A stretch of DNA of 64,000 nt, taken from the NCBI GenBank assembly GCA_965249205.1, contig CBDFLL010000006.1:822267-886266 (forward strand), written 5' to 3'. Of the stretch, positions 18,891-27,695 are shown one piece after another. The stretch is from Vicinamibacterales bacterium (GTDB lineage: Bacteria; Acidobacteriota; Vicinamibacteria; Vicinamibacterales; UBA2999). The notes under the pieces were generated by a model that worked only from the letters and a program-made list of their open reading frames with translations, did no database searches and had not been told where the DNA came from. The number at the start of each line of letters is the position of its first letter. Positions within the stretch are counted from its first letter, which is position 1. A program made the translations under genes and the position numbers.

Positions 18891-20405
18891 CTACAGCAGG
18901 CGACGGACGGCCTCCGTATCCACGTCCGAGGGGAGGCCGAACCCGCGGCCGTACCCGAACAAGTCCGCGACCGTCGTTGAGCCGAAGCGGCTGTCGAGCA
19001 GCTCCAGATGATCCGCCGTGATGAGCGCAGGGTGTGGCACCCCGCACGCACGGCTCACGGCGAGTAACTCTTTCCTGAGCGCCACAATGTAGTTAGCGAG
19101 CCGCGCGGCCTTCAAGGTTGGGTCCAGGCCGCGAATGAGCCAGGGATGCTGGGTCGTGATGCCGGTCGGGCAATGGTTCGTGTGGCAGCGCTGGGCCTGA
19201 ATGCAGCCGATGGCGAGCAGCGCTTCCCGGCCCACGTTGATCACGTCACACCCCAGACCGAACGCAAAGACGGCGGCCTCGGGGAACCCGAGCCGGCCGG
19301 AGCCGACGAACACAATCCGCTGGTGCAGCCCGCCGGCATGAAAGATCTGCTGCACGCGGCTGAACCCGATCTTGAACGGCAGCGCCACATGATCCGTGAA
19401 CACGAGCGGACCGGCGCCCGTGCCGCCTTCGCCCCCATCAATGGCGATGCAGTCGACGCCGCGGGTGCCGGTCGCCATCAGCTGCGCGAGGTCGGTCCAG
19501 AAGGTAGCGTCGCCGACCGCGGCCTTGATGCCGACCGGCAGCCCGGTCGCCGCCGCGATGGACTCGACGAAATCGAGCAGCTCGTCGGCGTCCCTGAAAG
19601 CGCTGTGCGCGGCTGGGCTGGCGCAGTCGCGATCGCGACTGATGCCGCGAGCCTCCGCGATCTCCGCGCTGATCTTCACCCGCGGCAGCAGGCCGCCGGC
19701 GCCCGGCTTGGCGCCTTGACTCAGTTTGATCTCGATCGCGCGAATCTGTGGACACCGCGCGACGGTCTCTTGCAGCCGCGCCATGCTGAAGCGGCCGTCG
19801 GCCTCACGGCAGCCGAAGTAGCCAGTGCCGACCTGCCAGACCAGCTCCCCTCCGTTGAGGTGATATGGCGAGACGCCCCCTTCGCCGGTGTTGTGCAGGC
19901 AGCCGGCGATCTGCGCCCCGCGGTTGAGCGCTTCGACCGCCGGGCCGCTCAGCGATCCGAAGCTCATGCCCGAGACGTTGACGACCGACGCCGGGCGGAA
20001 CGCCTTTGCGCGTCCGCGCGCCGCGCCGAGCACTTTCGCGCACGCAATCGTGCTCTGCGGGTTGTACGCCGGGTCGCCGGGACCGGGCGTCTGCAACGGA
20101 AACATCTCGTGCTTGATGACGAGGTAATTGGACTGTCGCTCCATGTCCTGGTCGGAGCCGAACCCGAAGGAGGTGTTCGCCTGCTTCGAGGACGCATACA
20201 CCCACCGCCGCTGGTCGCGGCTGAACGGTCGCTCCTCGTTGTTGTTCGTCACGATGTATTGACGGAGCTCCGGGCCGACGGCCTCGAGCCAGTAACGGAC
20301 GTGCCCGATGATCGGGAAGTTTCTGAGGATCGCGTGTTTGCGCTGCAACAAGTCGTACACGACGATGGCGGCCAGGAGCCCGAGCGCGCTGAAGAGCAGG
20401 ACCAT
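18891..20405 (-). CDS. FMN-binding glutamate synthase family protein (GltB domain-2-like, membrane anchored)
   Basis: 504 aa; N-terminal TM helix, ...NFPIIGHVRYW...MSFGSLS...GEGG...IKLSQGAKPG.GG...DGGEGGTGA... family pattern. Confidence 0.85.
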   Translation of the reverse strand: MVLLFSALGLLAAIVVYDLLQRKHAILRNFPIIGHVRYWLEAVGPELRQYIVTNNNEERPFSRDQRRWVYASSKQANTSFGFGSDQDMERQSNYLVIKHEMFPLQTPGPGDPAYNPQSTIACAKVLGAARGRAKAFRPASVVNVSGMSFGSLSGPAVEALNRGAQIAGCLHNTGEGGVSPYHLNGGELVWQVGTGYFGCREADGRFSMARLQETVARCPQIRAIEIKLSQGAKPGAGGLLPRVKISAEIAEARGISRDRDCASPAAHSAFRDADELLDFVESIAAATGLPVGIKAAVGDATFWTDLAQLMATGTRGVDCIAIDGGEGGTGAGPLVFTDHVALPFKIGFSRVQQIFHAGGLHQRIVFVGSGRLGFPEAAVFAFGLGCDVINVGREALLAIGCIQAQRCHTNHCPTGITTQHPWLIRGLDPTLKAARLANYIVALRKELLAVSRACGVPHPALITADHLELLDSRFGSTTVADLFGYGRGFGLPSDVDTEAVRRLL

Positions 20406-21139
20406 CGGGCCATTCTACGGCAGCCGTCGCCAGCCGTGGGCGTGATCTGCCAGAAGACCCTGGCCGACCTCGCGCCGTGTGCCGGCGGTGGGCCTCACGT
20501 TGGGCATCGCCCCGAACAGGCGTCGAGTCCAGTGACTCTCCGCCAGGAACAGCCAGTAGTAGCGCGCGTGTTTCACCAAGCGCCGCCCGTCGCAATGTTG
20601 AAAGCCTGGAGCTACCTCATTTCGTCTTGCATACACCGGACGACCACGCGTATGTTTCCACCTTCCATGTCCAATGTCGCTATCCAGTCTTCTTTTTCGT
20701 CACTTTGCCCCCTACCCCATCCCTTGTCGCAGCATTCTTCTACCTCAAGCGGCTTTGTACCGGAGTTCGCCGAACACTACCCGTCCCTCCGAACCCCCGG
20801 AATGAGGTGGTGTCCTCTCCGTCACATTAACCTTTACTTGCAACTGAAACCCCGGGCAGACGGTTTCCGCGCTCGGGCGACTCGGAGACTTTTCTCCCCC
20901 CCAACCCCGTCTGTCCTCAATGCGCCCAGGGGCTGACCGTCGCTGGTGTCGACGTCGATCACATCGTCCCACTCGCCCACGGTGGCCGTCTCATGGCGTG
21001 CCCGCCTGCTCGAACGCTGGCGGCTCCTCACCGCTCGCCAGCTGTGCGTGCAGCTAGTGGTTCACTCGCAGACGAGCACACGGCGGCCCTCGTCCACGAA
21101 GAGCGCTCGCCGCGACGTCAGCGGCGAGGGAGACCCGAA

Positions 21140-21853
21140 CGGGGCCCGGGATGCTGGCCGAGTTCGTCACGCTCCACGAACGCCCCGATGCACGCATCCT
21201 CGACTACGCCCGGCGCTGGGGCGTGCTGCATACGTGCATCCACCAACTCCCGTGTCGCCACGCCCCACGGGTGGGCTCGGACGGCGGCGTGGTCGGGTGT
21301 GACCCGGTGGGCTACCGCACCCACTCAGTGTTCATCGCCGCGAGTCCGCTGGATCGCTGGCGCCATTTCGCGCAGCAAGCCGCGGCCATCCTCCGGGTCG
21401 CCGCCCACCTGCACGCCGGGGAGCCTGGACGACCGGAGGACTGGCACGCCATCTTTCAGGAATCCGCGCGCCAGGCCCCCTGGTGGAAGCGGACCGTGAA
21501 CGCCGACCGGCTCCAGCTCGCGAGCGTTGTCACCGAGTGGATGACCCTCGGCGCGGTCGAGCCGATGCTGGTCTGGCACGGCACGGCCCCCACGCTCACG
21601 TTTGGGAGCCGGGGCGGCGGCTCGCTCGATCTGTTCGGGGCCCTGGCGTGTCAGCTGCTGGTGGCCGTCGCGCGTGTGGCGAGCGTGGCGGTCTGTGCCG
21701 GCTGCGGGTGCTTTCATTCGCCGAGGCGGCGGCCACCAGCGCGGCGGCGCAGTTACTGTCGCGACTGCGCCCGCGCAGGTGTGCCGCAGCGACACGCGCA
21801 GGCGGATCACCGGCGGCGGGTGCGCGCCGGAGTGTCCCAACACTCAGCCGACC
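21140..21853 (+). repeat. ~714-bp direct repeat, copy 2 (partner 16184-16897)
   Basis: See copy 1. Confidence 0.85.
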
Positions 21854-21939
21854 CGTCTCGGCACGATCGCTTATCGGGTGGCGGATCGGGTCCGATCCGC
21901 CAGGGCGGTAAACGTGGGACTCGCCAAAACGCTGAGTAA
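21140..21939 (+). pseudogene. 5'-truncated duplicate of the 16012 hypothetical gene, retaining the native 3' end
   Basis: Similarity to copy 1 starts abruptly at 21140. The ORF continues past the copy-1/IS3 junction point (...SADPSRHDRLSGGGSGPIRQGGKRGTRQNAE*). Confidence 0.5.
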
Positions 21940-22132
21940 TTCGGACTCCAGCGGGGCGCCTTGCGGTCGATCGCTTATCACACGTGCTGCGTGTAGAGCC
22001 CACATCGGCCGAAACAGGCCGGAATCGTGGCCATGTGCACATGCCGCAGCCGCCCCCAATATAAGCGTCATAGATAAGCAAAAACTGGGCCTGTTCTTGA
22101 GGGCAACCACAACGGACCCTCGCAGCAGCTTG

Positions 22133-22177
22133 TTCGTAATCAGCAGGTCGGTGGTTCGAGTCCACTCGCCGGCTCCA
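22133..22177 (+). other. tRNA-Thr(CGU)-like 3' half (anticodon loop to CCA), candidate att-site remnant
   Basis: ttcgtaa-tcagc-aggtc-ggtgg-ttcgagt-ccact-cgccggc-t-cca. No matching 5' acceptor strand (gccggcg) within 100 nt upstream, so this is not an intact tRNA. Confidence 0.5.
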
Positions 22178-22269
22178 CTCTTTTCTTAGACAATCCGCGA
22201 CCTTTCGCCCTCGGCGTTCTTCGTTTGACACCCTAACTGACACCCACAGGACTGGACACGGGTGGACGC

Positions 22270-22895
22270 TCACGCTTTCTGATCGGCCCACAAGAGCGCC
22301 GTCATCTCCTGTGCGGCGTCGTCCTGCAATTGCTCGATCACGTGGCTGTAAGTGTTCATCGTGAGGCTGATCTGTGAGTGGCCGAGGATGTCCATGACGA
22401 CGCGCGGTGCCACCCGCTGCACGAGCAGGAACGTCGCGCACGAGTGTCGCAAGCTGTGAAACTTCAACCGCGGGAGCCCGGCCGCGTGGAGCAGTGTTTT
22501 CGTCTGGCGATTCAGCCGGCACCCGTCGAGCGGTTGCCCGTCTCGCGTCGTAAACACGAACTCGTGCTCGCGCCAGCGCGCGCCCGCGGCGAGGCGCCGT
22601 TCGAGTTGGCGGACGCGGTGCGCGCGGAGAATCGGCACGACGGGCGCAGGCAGGCGAATCGTGCGACGGCTCCCTTCGGACTTCGGCTCAATGAGGCGCC
22701 AGCCTTTCCCGAGGCGCTCGAGTGCGTGACGCACGCGCAGCACGCCGCGATCGAGATCGAGATCCGGCCACCGCAAGCCGAGCAACCCCCCTTCCCGAAG
22801 TCCACAGCTCACGGCCACCACGATCAGTGCGTAGAGGTGATGCTCCGCTACCGCGGCCAGAAACGTCCGGGCCTGATCCGGCGTGACGTGGCGTT
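22270..22895 (-). pseudogene. tyrosine recombinase (phage integrase) catalytic-domain fragment
   Basis: ...GLREGGLLGLRWPDLDL...RTIRLPAPV...HSLRHSCATFLL...ILGHSQISLTMNTYSHV (R..HxxR..Y pattern). Similarity begins at ..RHVTPDQARTFLAA.. right after an in-frame stop; N-terminal domain absent. Confidence 0.75.
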
Positions 22896-22899
22896 CGAT

Positions 22900-23856
22900 A
22901 ACTTATCCCGGCTCCCTGAAGATCTCTCGGACAATTTGTCCGTGCTGGCGACCGGCGGCGGCTTCGCCGTCAGACAGCTTGTACACAAACGCCGAGGAGC
23001 AGATCTTCCAGGCGCAGCGGCCCATTATCCTCAACGGCATCAGCGCCGTCGTGACCAGAGGTGACCTGCTCGACCGTGCCATCGTCGTCACGTTGCCGCC
23101 CATCCCCGAGGAGAACCGGAAGGACGAGGCTACGTTCTGGCAGGAGTATGAGATCGCGCGTCCAGGGATTCTCGGGACTCTGCTGGATGCCGTTTCGGTT
23201 GGGCTTCGTCGAGTAGGCGACGTCCACCTTGAGCGTAAACCTCGAATGGCCGACTTCGCGGTCTGGGGCGTGGCCGCCGAGCCTGCTTGTCCGTGGCCGG
23301 AGGGGATGTTCCTGCGGGCCTACACCGGCAACCGCCAGGGCGCTATCGAGGCCACTTCGAGGGTGATCCGGTGGTGGATGTCGTTCGGGCGCTTGTGAAA
23401 GAGGCGCCTCACACGTGGAAGGGGACCGCGAGCGACCTCCTGGCCCTGCTGAACCAACGGACTCATGAGGAGGTGAAGCGGCGGAAGGACTGGTTCTCGC
23501 GACCCCGGCAGATCTCGGATGCCCTGCGGCGCCTAGCACCCAGCCTGCGCCGGACCAGGGTCGAGGTGACGTTGCCGGACAGGAACAATCGGGAGCCGGG
23601 GACCGGACGACGGGTCATCACGCTGGGCAGGACCGAACCCGAGAAGACGGGTCCGGCTGCGTCACATGCGTCACGCGCGTCACAAGCCGCAGAGTTGGAG
23701 AGGAACGTCCGTGACGCAGACCGTGTCGCGTCACCGGGTGCGTCACGCGCAGAGACCCCTGTTTTGGGCCCGCGTGACGTAGGTGACGCATGTGACGAAC
23801 AGAAACCCCTCTCTTCGAGAGACGCCAGGGACCGCCTGGAGGTGCCGGTCCGATGA
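22900..23856 (+). pseudogene. integrative-element primase-associated ATPase-like protein, 5'-truncated and frameshifted
   Basis: Two overlapping ORFs (22883-23398 and 23287-23856): ...LATGGGFAVRQLYTNAEEQIFQAQRPIILNGI...DLLDRAIVVTLPPIPEENR...RMADFAVWGVAAEP... then a frame change near 23340; family assignment from memory only. Confidence 0.5.
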
Positions 23857-24299
23857 CACCTACTCCCGACGTCTTCGAATCGCCAGCTCTGCCGCTTCTG
23901 ATCACCCTGCGGGCCCGTGGCTGCCACTTAGAGCTGACGCCAGACACCCACACCCTGATTATCGAGCCCGCGTCGCGCCTGACCCCCGAGGAGCAGGCGT
24001 CCGTGCGAACCCACGCGCAGGGCTTAGCCATGTTGCTTCGCTGCTGCGACGCGGGCGTCTGTGCGCGCCGCGACGTGATGCGCGGTCAGTTCAGCGCGGC
24101 GCCAGCCGGTCGCGTGCCCGCGCTGTTGTTTCGTCCAGTTCCCTACGTCGAGGGTCACTGCTTCAGTTGCGGCGACGCCCTGCCGCGGTTCCGCGTCGGG
24201 CGTTGCTGGCGGTGCGCCCTGGCCTGGCGGCTCGCCGTCCAGGTGCCGATTTCATCGGACCTCTCCGACGCGCTCGATGGCGCCCGAGTGCTGGCATGA
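23853..24299 (+). CDS. hypothetical protein with CxxC...CxxC zinc-ribbon-like motif
   Basis: 148 aa; ATG overlaps the preceding stop (ATGA); CFSCGDAL...CWRC; no recognisable family. Confidence 0.4.
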   Translation: MTPTPDVFESPALPLLITLRARGCHLELTPDTHTLIIEPASRLTPEEQASVRTHAQGLAMLLRCCDAGVCARRDVMRGQFSAAPAGRVPALLFRPVPYVEGHCFSCGDALPRFRVGRCWRCALAWRLAVQVPISSDLSDALDGARVLA

Positions 24300-24379
24300 C
24301 GTCAGCAGTAGGCGACGCATCGCACCGGCCGGCCTCGCGAAGACAGGCCGCCGCGATAGCGGGAGCTGACGGTGTGAGC

Positions 24380-24720
24380 CGAATCCTTCCCACGTCGCTG
24401 CTGTTCCACACGGCCGCCAGCCTCTTTCCGATGATGAGCGAGGCGGAATTACTCGACCTCGCCGGCGACATCGCCGAGAACGGGTTGCGCGAGTCGATCT
24501 GGTTGCACGCTGACGGATCGATCCTTGACGGGCGTAATCGGTATCTCGCCTGTCAAAAGACCAGCGTCGAGCCAACGTTCCGCACCTGGGACGGGCAGGG
24601 CTCCCCGCGGCCGTCGTCGCGCTCCCGGACACAGAACGCCGAGAGGTCATCCGTGACCTGCGCGAAGGCCGTACGCCCCACGTGTCGCGCAACAGCGGGA
24701 ACAACGAGGCCTCCTCGCGA
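24380..24720 (+). pseudogene. ParB N-terminal-domain-like protein fragment, frameshifted
   Basis: ...LFPMMSEAELLDLAGDIAENGLRESIWLHADGSILDGRNRYLACQ... then the frame degenerates near 24600. Confidence 0.4.
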
Positions 24721-24950
24721 TGCTTCAGGCGGGTTTCACCTTAGAGCGGTAGACCGGTGGAGGGCAAGATCAATATGGCGGAACAGCGTCGAGCGCTTGT
24801 TCGACAAACAACCGACCGGAAACCGACGAAAGGTCGTGGCCGACCAAAGGGCGCACGGGATGCGACCCCGCGTGCCGTCAACCGCAACAGCCTCGCCAAC
24901 CTCCAACATGGTCGTGGGCGCCCGCCCTGGCGTGCAGGGTGGGCCACGGT

Positions 24951-25094
24951 AAAGCGCTTTTCATGACCGTGTGGCGTTCGAGTAGCGCGATGCCGAAAGT
25001 AGTTGCGGCATTCAGCGGGCTCAGACCTCCTGCAACACTTCGTGCGGAGGCACCATGACTCGCCCAGTCAGTGCAAAGGCAATCTGAAAAGCGC
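24951..25094. repeat. 144-bp MITE-like element, copy A
   Basis: 10-bp perfect terminal inverted repeats gcgcttttca / tgaaaagcgc; internal hairpins (atgccg..cggcat; cctcc..ggagg); second copy at 49647-49790. Confidence 0.65.
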
Positions 25095-25255
25095 GGTAGG
25101 CGGGGACTGTCACGCCGACGAGAGCGGGGCCGGCGCTGACGCGCTGTCACGTCTCCGGAAAAACCTGCAAGGCAGGCGCTAAAATCGCGCGCTCCGAGCA
25201 ATTGACAACGTGCACCTGCTCGCCGAACCGGCCCGGCCAGGAGTGTTCCCGGGTT

Positions 25256-26404
25256 TCAGCTCTTCGGTGTGAGTTTGAGCAAGCGCCCGGTACTTTCGTC
25301 CTCGTCGTCCTCCAGCACCCAGATGGCACCGTCTGGTCCCTCGACGATGCTGCGAATTCGCGCACCCATATCGTAACGATCGACCTCGCGGGCATCCGCG
25401 CCGTCGAGCTCGACATGCACGATCGCCTGCGACGAGAGCCCGGCCGCGAATGCATCGCCGCGCCAGTCGGAGAACAGGTCGCCACGATAAATCATCAGGT
25501 CACCCGGCGAAATCACGGGATTCCACGAAACGGCCGGTCTCTCGAACTCCGGATGCGTATCGTGGTCCGGTATCTCACGCCCGTCGTAGTGGTCGCCCTC
25601 GGAGACGGTCGGATAACCGTAATTCGTTGCAGGCTTGACCAGGTTCAACTCGTCGCCGCCCCTCGGCCCCATTTCGATGTCCCAGATCTGACCCTCGAGA
25701 TCGAGAGCCAGCCCGAGCACATTGCGGTGGCCCAGCGACCAGATCTCCCCATAGACCCCATCATCGTCGACCAGCGGGTTCACGTCGAAGTAGTCGACGA
25801 AAGGATTGTCGTCCGGAACCGAACCATCGTCGTGCAATCGCAGCACCTTGCCGAGGTTCGTCTGCATATCCTGGGCCGGCGTGAATTTCTGGCGGTCTCC
25901 GGACGAGATCCACAGGTACCCCTCGTCGTCGAACAACAGCCGGTGCCCGTAGTGGCCGAAGCCGACGACCTTGGGATACTGGCGCCAGATAACTTCGACG
26001 TCGGACAGTTCTCCGTCGCCCTCGGTCTGGTTCAGTACTGCCCGGACGACAGCTGCGCCACGCGTATGGCCGCCCACACCCGACTCGACGTAGCTCAGGT
26101 AGATCACGTTGTTCTCGATGAAATCCGGATGCAGCGCGACGTCGCCCAGGCCGCCCTGGCCGCCGTAGGCGACGTCCGGCACGCCATCGACGTCCTGGCT
26201 CTCACCGTTCTGGGTGACGATGAAGAGGTTGCCCTTTTTTTCCGTCACCAGCATGCGGCCGTCTGGCAGGAAGGCCAAGGCCCATGGCTCGTCGAATGAT
26301 GTAATGGACTCGACCTCAAACGGCAGGTCCGTTTGTGCTTGCGCGTCGGCCCCCATCAAGAGGCTCGAGATGATCAGTCCATTCACGAAAAGTCGTCTAG
26401 CCAT
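25256..26404 (-). CDS. PQQ-dependent sugar dehydrogenase (soluble glucose/sorbosone dehydrogenase family, beta-propeller)
   Basis: Start moved to the ATG at 26404 (MARRLFVNGLIISSLLMGADAQA signal peptide). ...SGDRQ...AQD...LGKVLRLHDDGSVPDDNPF...GHRN..GLA.D... Confidence 0.85.
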   Translation of the reverse strand: MARRLFVNGLIISSLLMGADAQAQTDLPFEVESITSFDEPWALAFLPDGRMLVTEKKGNLFIVTQNGESQDVDGVPDVAYGGQGGLGDVALHPDFIENNVIYLSYVESGVGGHTRGAAVVRAVLNQTEGDGELSDVEVIWRQYPKVVGFGHYGHRLLFDDEGYLWISSGDRQKFTPAQDMQTNLGKVLRLHDDGSVPDDNPFVDYFDVNPLVDDDGVYGEIWSLGHRNVLGLALDLEGQIWDIEMGPRGGDELNLVKPATNYGYPTVSEGDHYDGREIPDHDTHPEFERPAVSWNPVISPGDLMIYRGDLFSDWRGDAFAAGLSSQAIVHVELDGADAREVDRYDMGARIRSIVEGPDGAIWVLEDDEDESTGRLLKLTPKS

Positions 26405-27452
26405 CTCGTGCTTATCCGGTTGTTTCAGCAAGCCACCACCGGTAGTGTATCGGCGTGGCGCGCCCGTCGTTTCCGAAGAATCTCCGGGAGTTTCAGCGGC
26501 AATTTGCGACCGCCGAGGCCTGTCAGGACTACTTGGCGGCGTGCCGCTGGCCGGACGGCTTTGTGTGTCCCCGGTGCCGGCACGCGCGCGGCTATCGCCT
26601 GACCACACACCGGCGCTGGCAATGTGCGGCGTGCCGGTATCAGGTGTCGCTGACCGCCGGGACGATTCTCCACAACACGAAGACGCCGCTCCTGGTGTGG
26701 TTCTGGGCGGCCTATTTGACGGTTACCGACAAGCGGGGCCTCTCGGCGCTCCTGCTGCAGCGGCAGTTGGGCCTGCGGCGGTACGAAACGGCGTGGCTGC
26801 TGTTGCACAAGCTGCGGCGCGCGATGGTGAACGCGGGGCGGGAGCCCTTGTACGGCGACGTGGAGATCGATGACACCTGGGTGGGCGCGCCCCAGGCCGG
26901 CCTGCGCGGCAGTCGCCAACTCAAGGGGCGGAAAGCCGCGCTGGTGCTGGTGGCGGTGGAACGACGCGGGGATCGGTCGGGTCGGGTCCGCATGTCCGTG
27001 ATCCCGAACTTCAAACAATCGACGATGCTCGCGTTCGTCACTCACCACATTGCGCCGGGGGCGACGGTCTACACCGACGGGCTGAAAAGTTTCGATGGGC
27101 TCCAGGCCGCTGACGTGAGACACGTCGCCCGCCCGCAACCGATCCGGAGCGCCCTGCACAGGGGGGTGCCCTCCGTCGTGCCTTTGGCCGACCGCGTCAT
27201 CGGCAATTGCCAACAGTGGTTGATTGGCACGCACCACGGCGTCAGCAAGGCGCAACTACAGGTCTACCTCGATGAGTTCGTGTTTCGGCACAATCGGCGG
27301 CGGCACCCGATGGCCGCCTTTCAGACCCTGCTGGGCCTGGGGACCGGACGGACGCCCACGCCCGCCCGACGGATTCGCGGCGCGCAGGACGTGCGCCCCC
27401 CAGGCTGATCGCAAGATATAGGGGTTAGCTGAAACAACCGGATAAGCACGAG
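26405..27452 (+). mobile_element. IS1595-family insertion sequence (1,048 bp)
   Basis: Inverted repeats ctcgtgcttatccggttgtttcagc at both ends; 4-bp direct repeat CCAT on both flanks (26401-26404, 27453-27456). Confidence 0.85.
26455..27408 (+). CDS. IS1595-family transposase (N-terminal zinc ribbon plus DDE)
   Basis: 317 aa; ...ACRWPDGFVCPRCRH...WQCAACRYQVSLTAGTI...VEIDDTWVG...TDGLKSF... Confidence 0.9.
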   Translation: MARPSFPKNLREFQRQFATAEACQDYLAACRWPDGFVCPRCRHARGYRLTTHRRWQCAACRYQVSLTAGTILHNTKTPLLVWFWAAYLTVTDKRGLSALLLQRQLGLRRYETAWLLLHKLRRAMVNAGREPLYGDVEIDDTWVGAPQAGLRGSRQLKGRKAALVLVAVERRGDRSGRVRMSVIPNFKQSTMLAFVTHHIAPGATVYTDGLKSFDGLQAADVRHVARPQPIRSALHRGVPSVVPLADRVIGNCQQWLIGTHHGVSKAQLQVYLDEFVFRHNRRRHPMAAFQTLLGLGTGRTPTPARRIRGAQDVRPPG

Positions 27453-27695
27453 CCATCTAATCCACTAACCTCCGTTGCTATTGTGTTCTGTCGTGCCAAG
27501 AATCAGCAAGCGCTAGCGGCTCCGCTTTACGAACGCTCGCCTCGATTGAATCGGAGTCGCAGCGTAATCCCAGCGCCCCGCTGCCGCCGACCGGCGGATT
27601 GGCCCCGATTCGCCACCGATAAGTGATCCTGCGGAGACGGGTCGCCGTGCGTGCCGGGTACAGCGAGGAAACCTCGCGCCAAAGTGGATGCGCGC

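Noticed and set aside
20415-20636. 73-aa ORF immediately upstream of the gltB-like gene as a small leader or partner protein
   Set aside because: It has no start context, no recognisable motif and atypical composition. It lies in the anomalous non-coding stretch. I kept it only as part of that finding.
22081-22177. Possible intact tRNA gene next to the integrase fragment
   Set aside because: Only the 3' half folds (anticodon loop, variable loop, T arm, acceptor 3' strand, CCA). No complementary 5' acceptor strand or D arm is present upstream, so I called it an att-like fragment instead.
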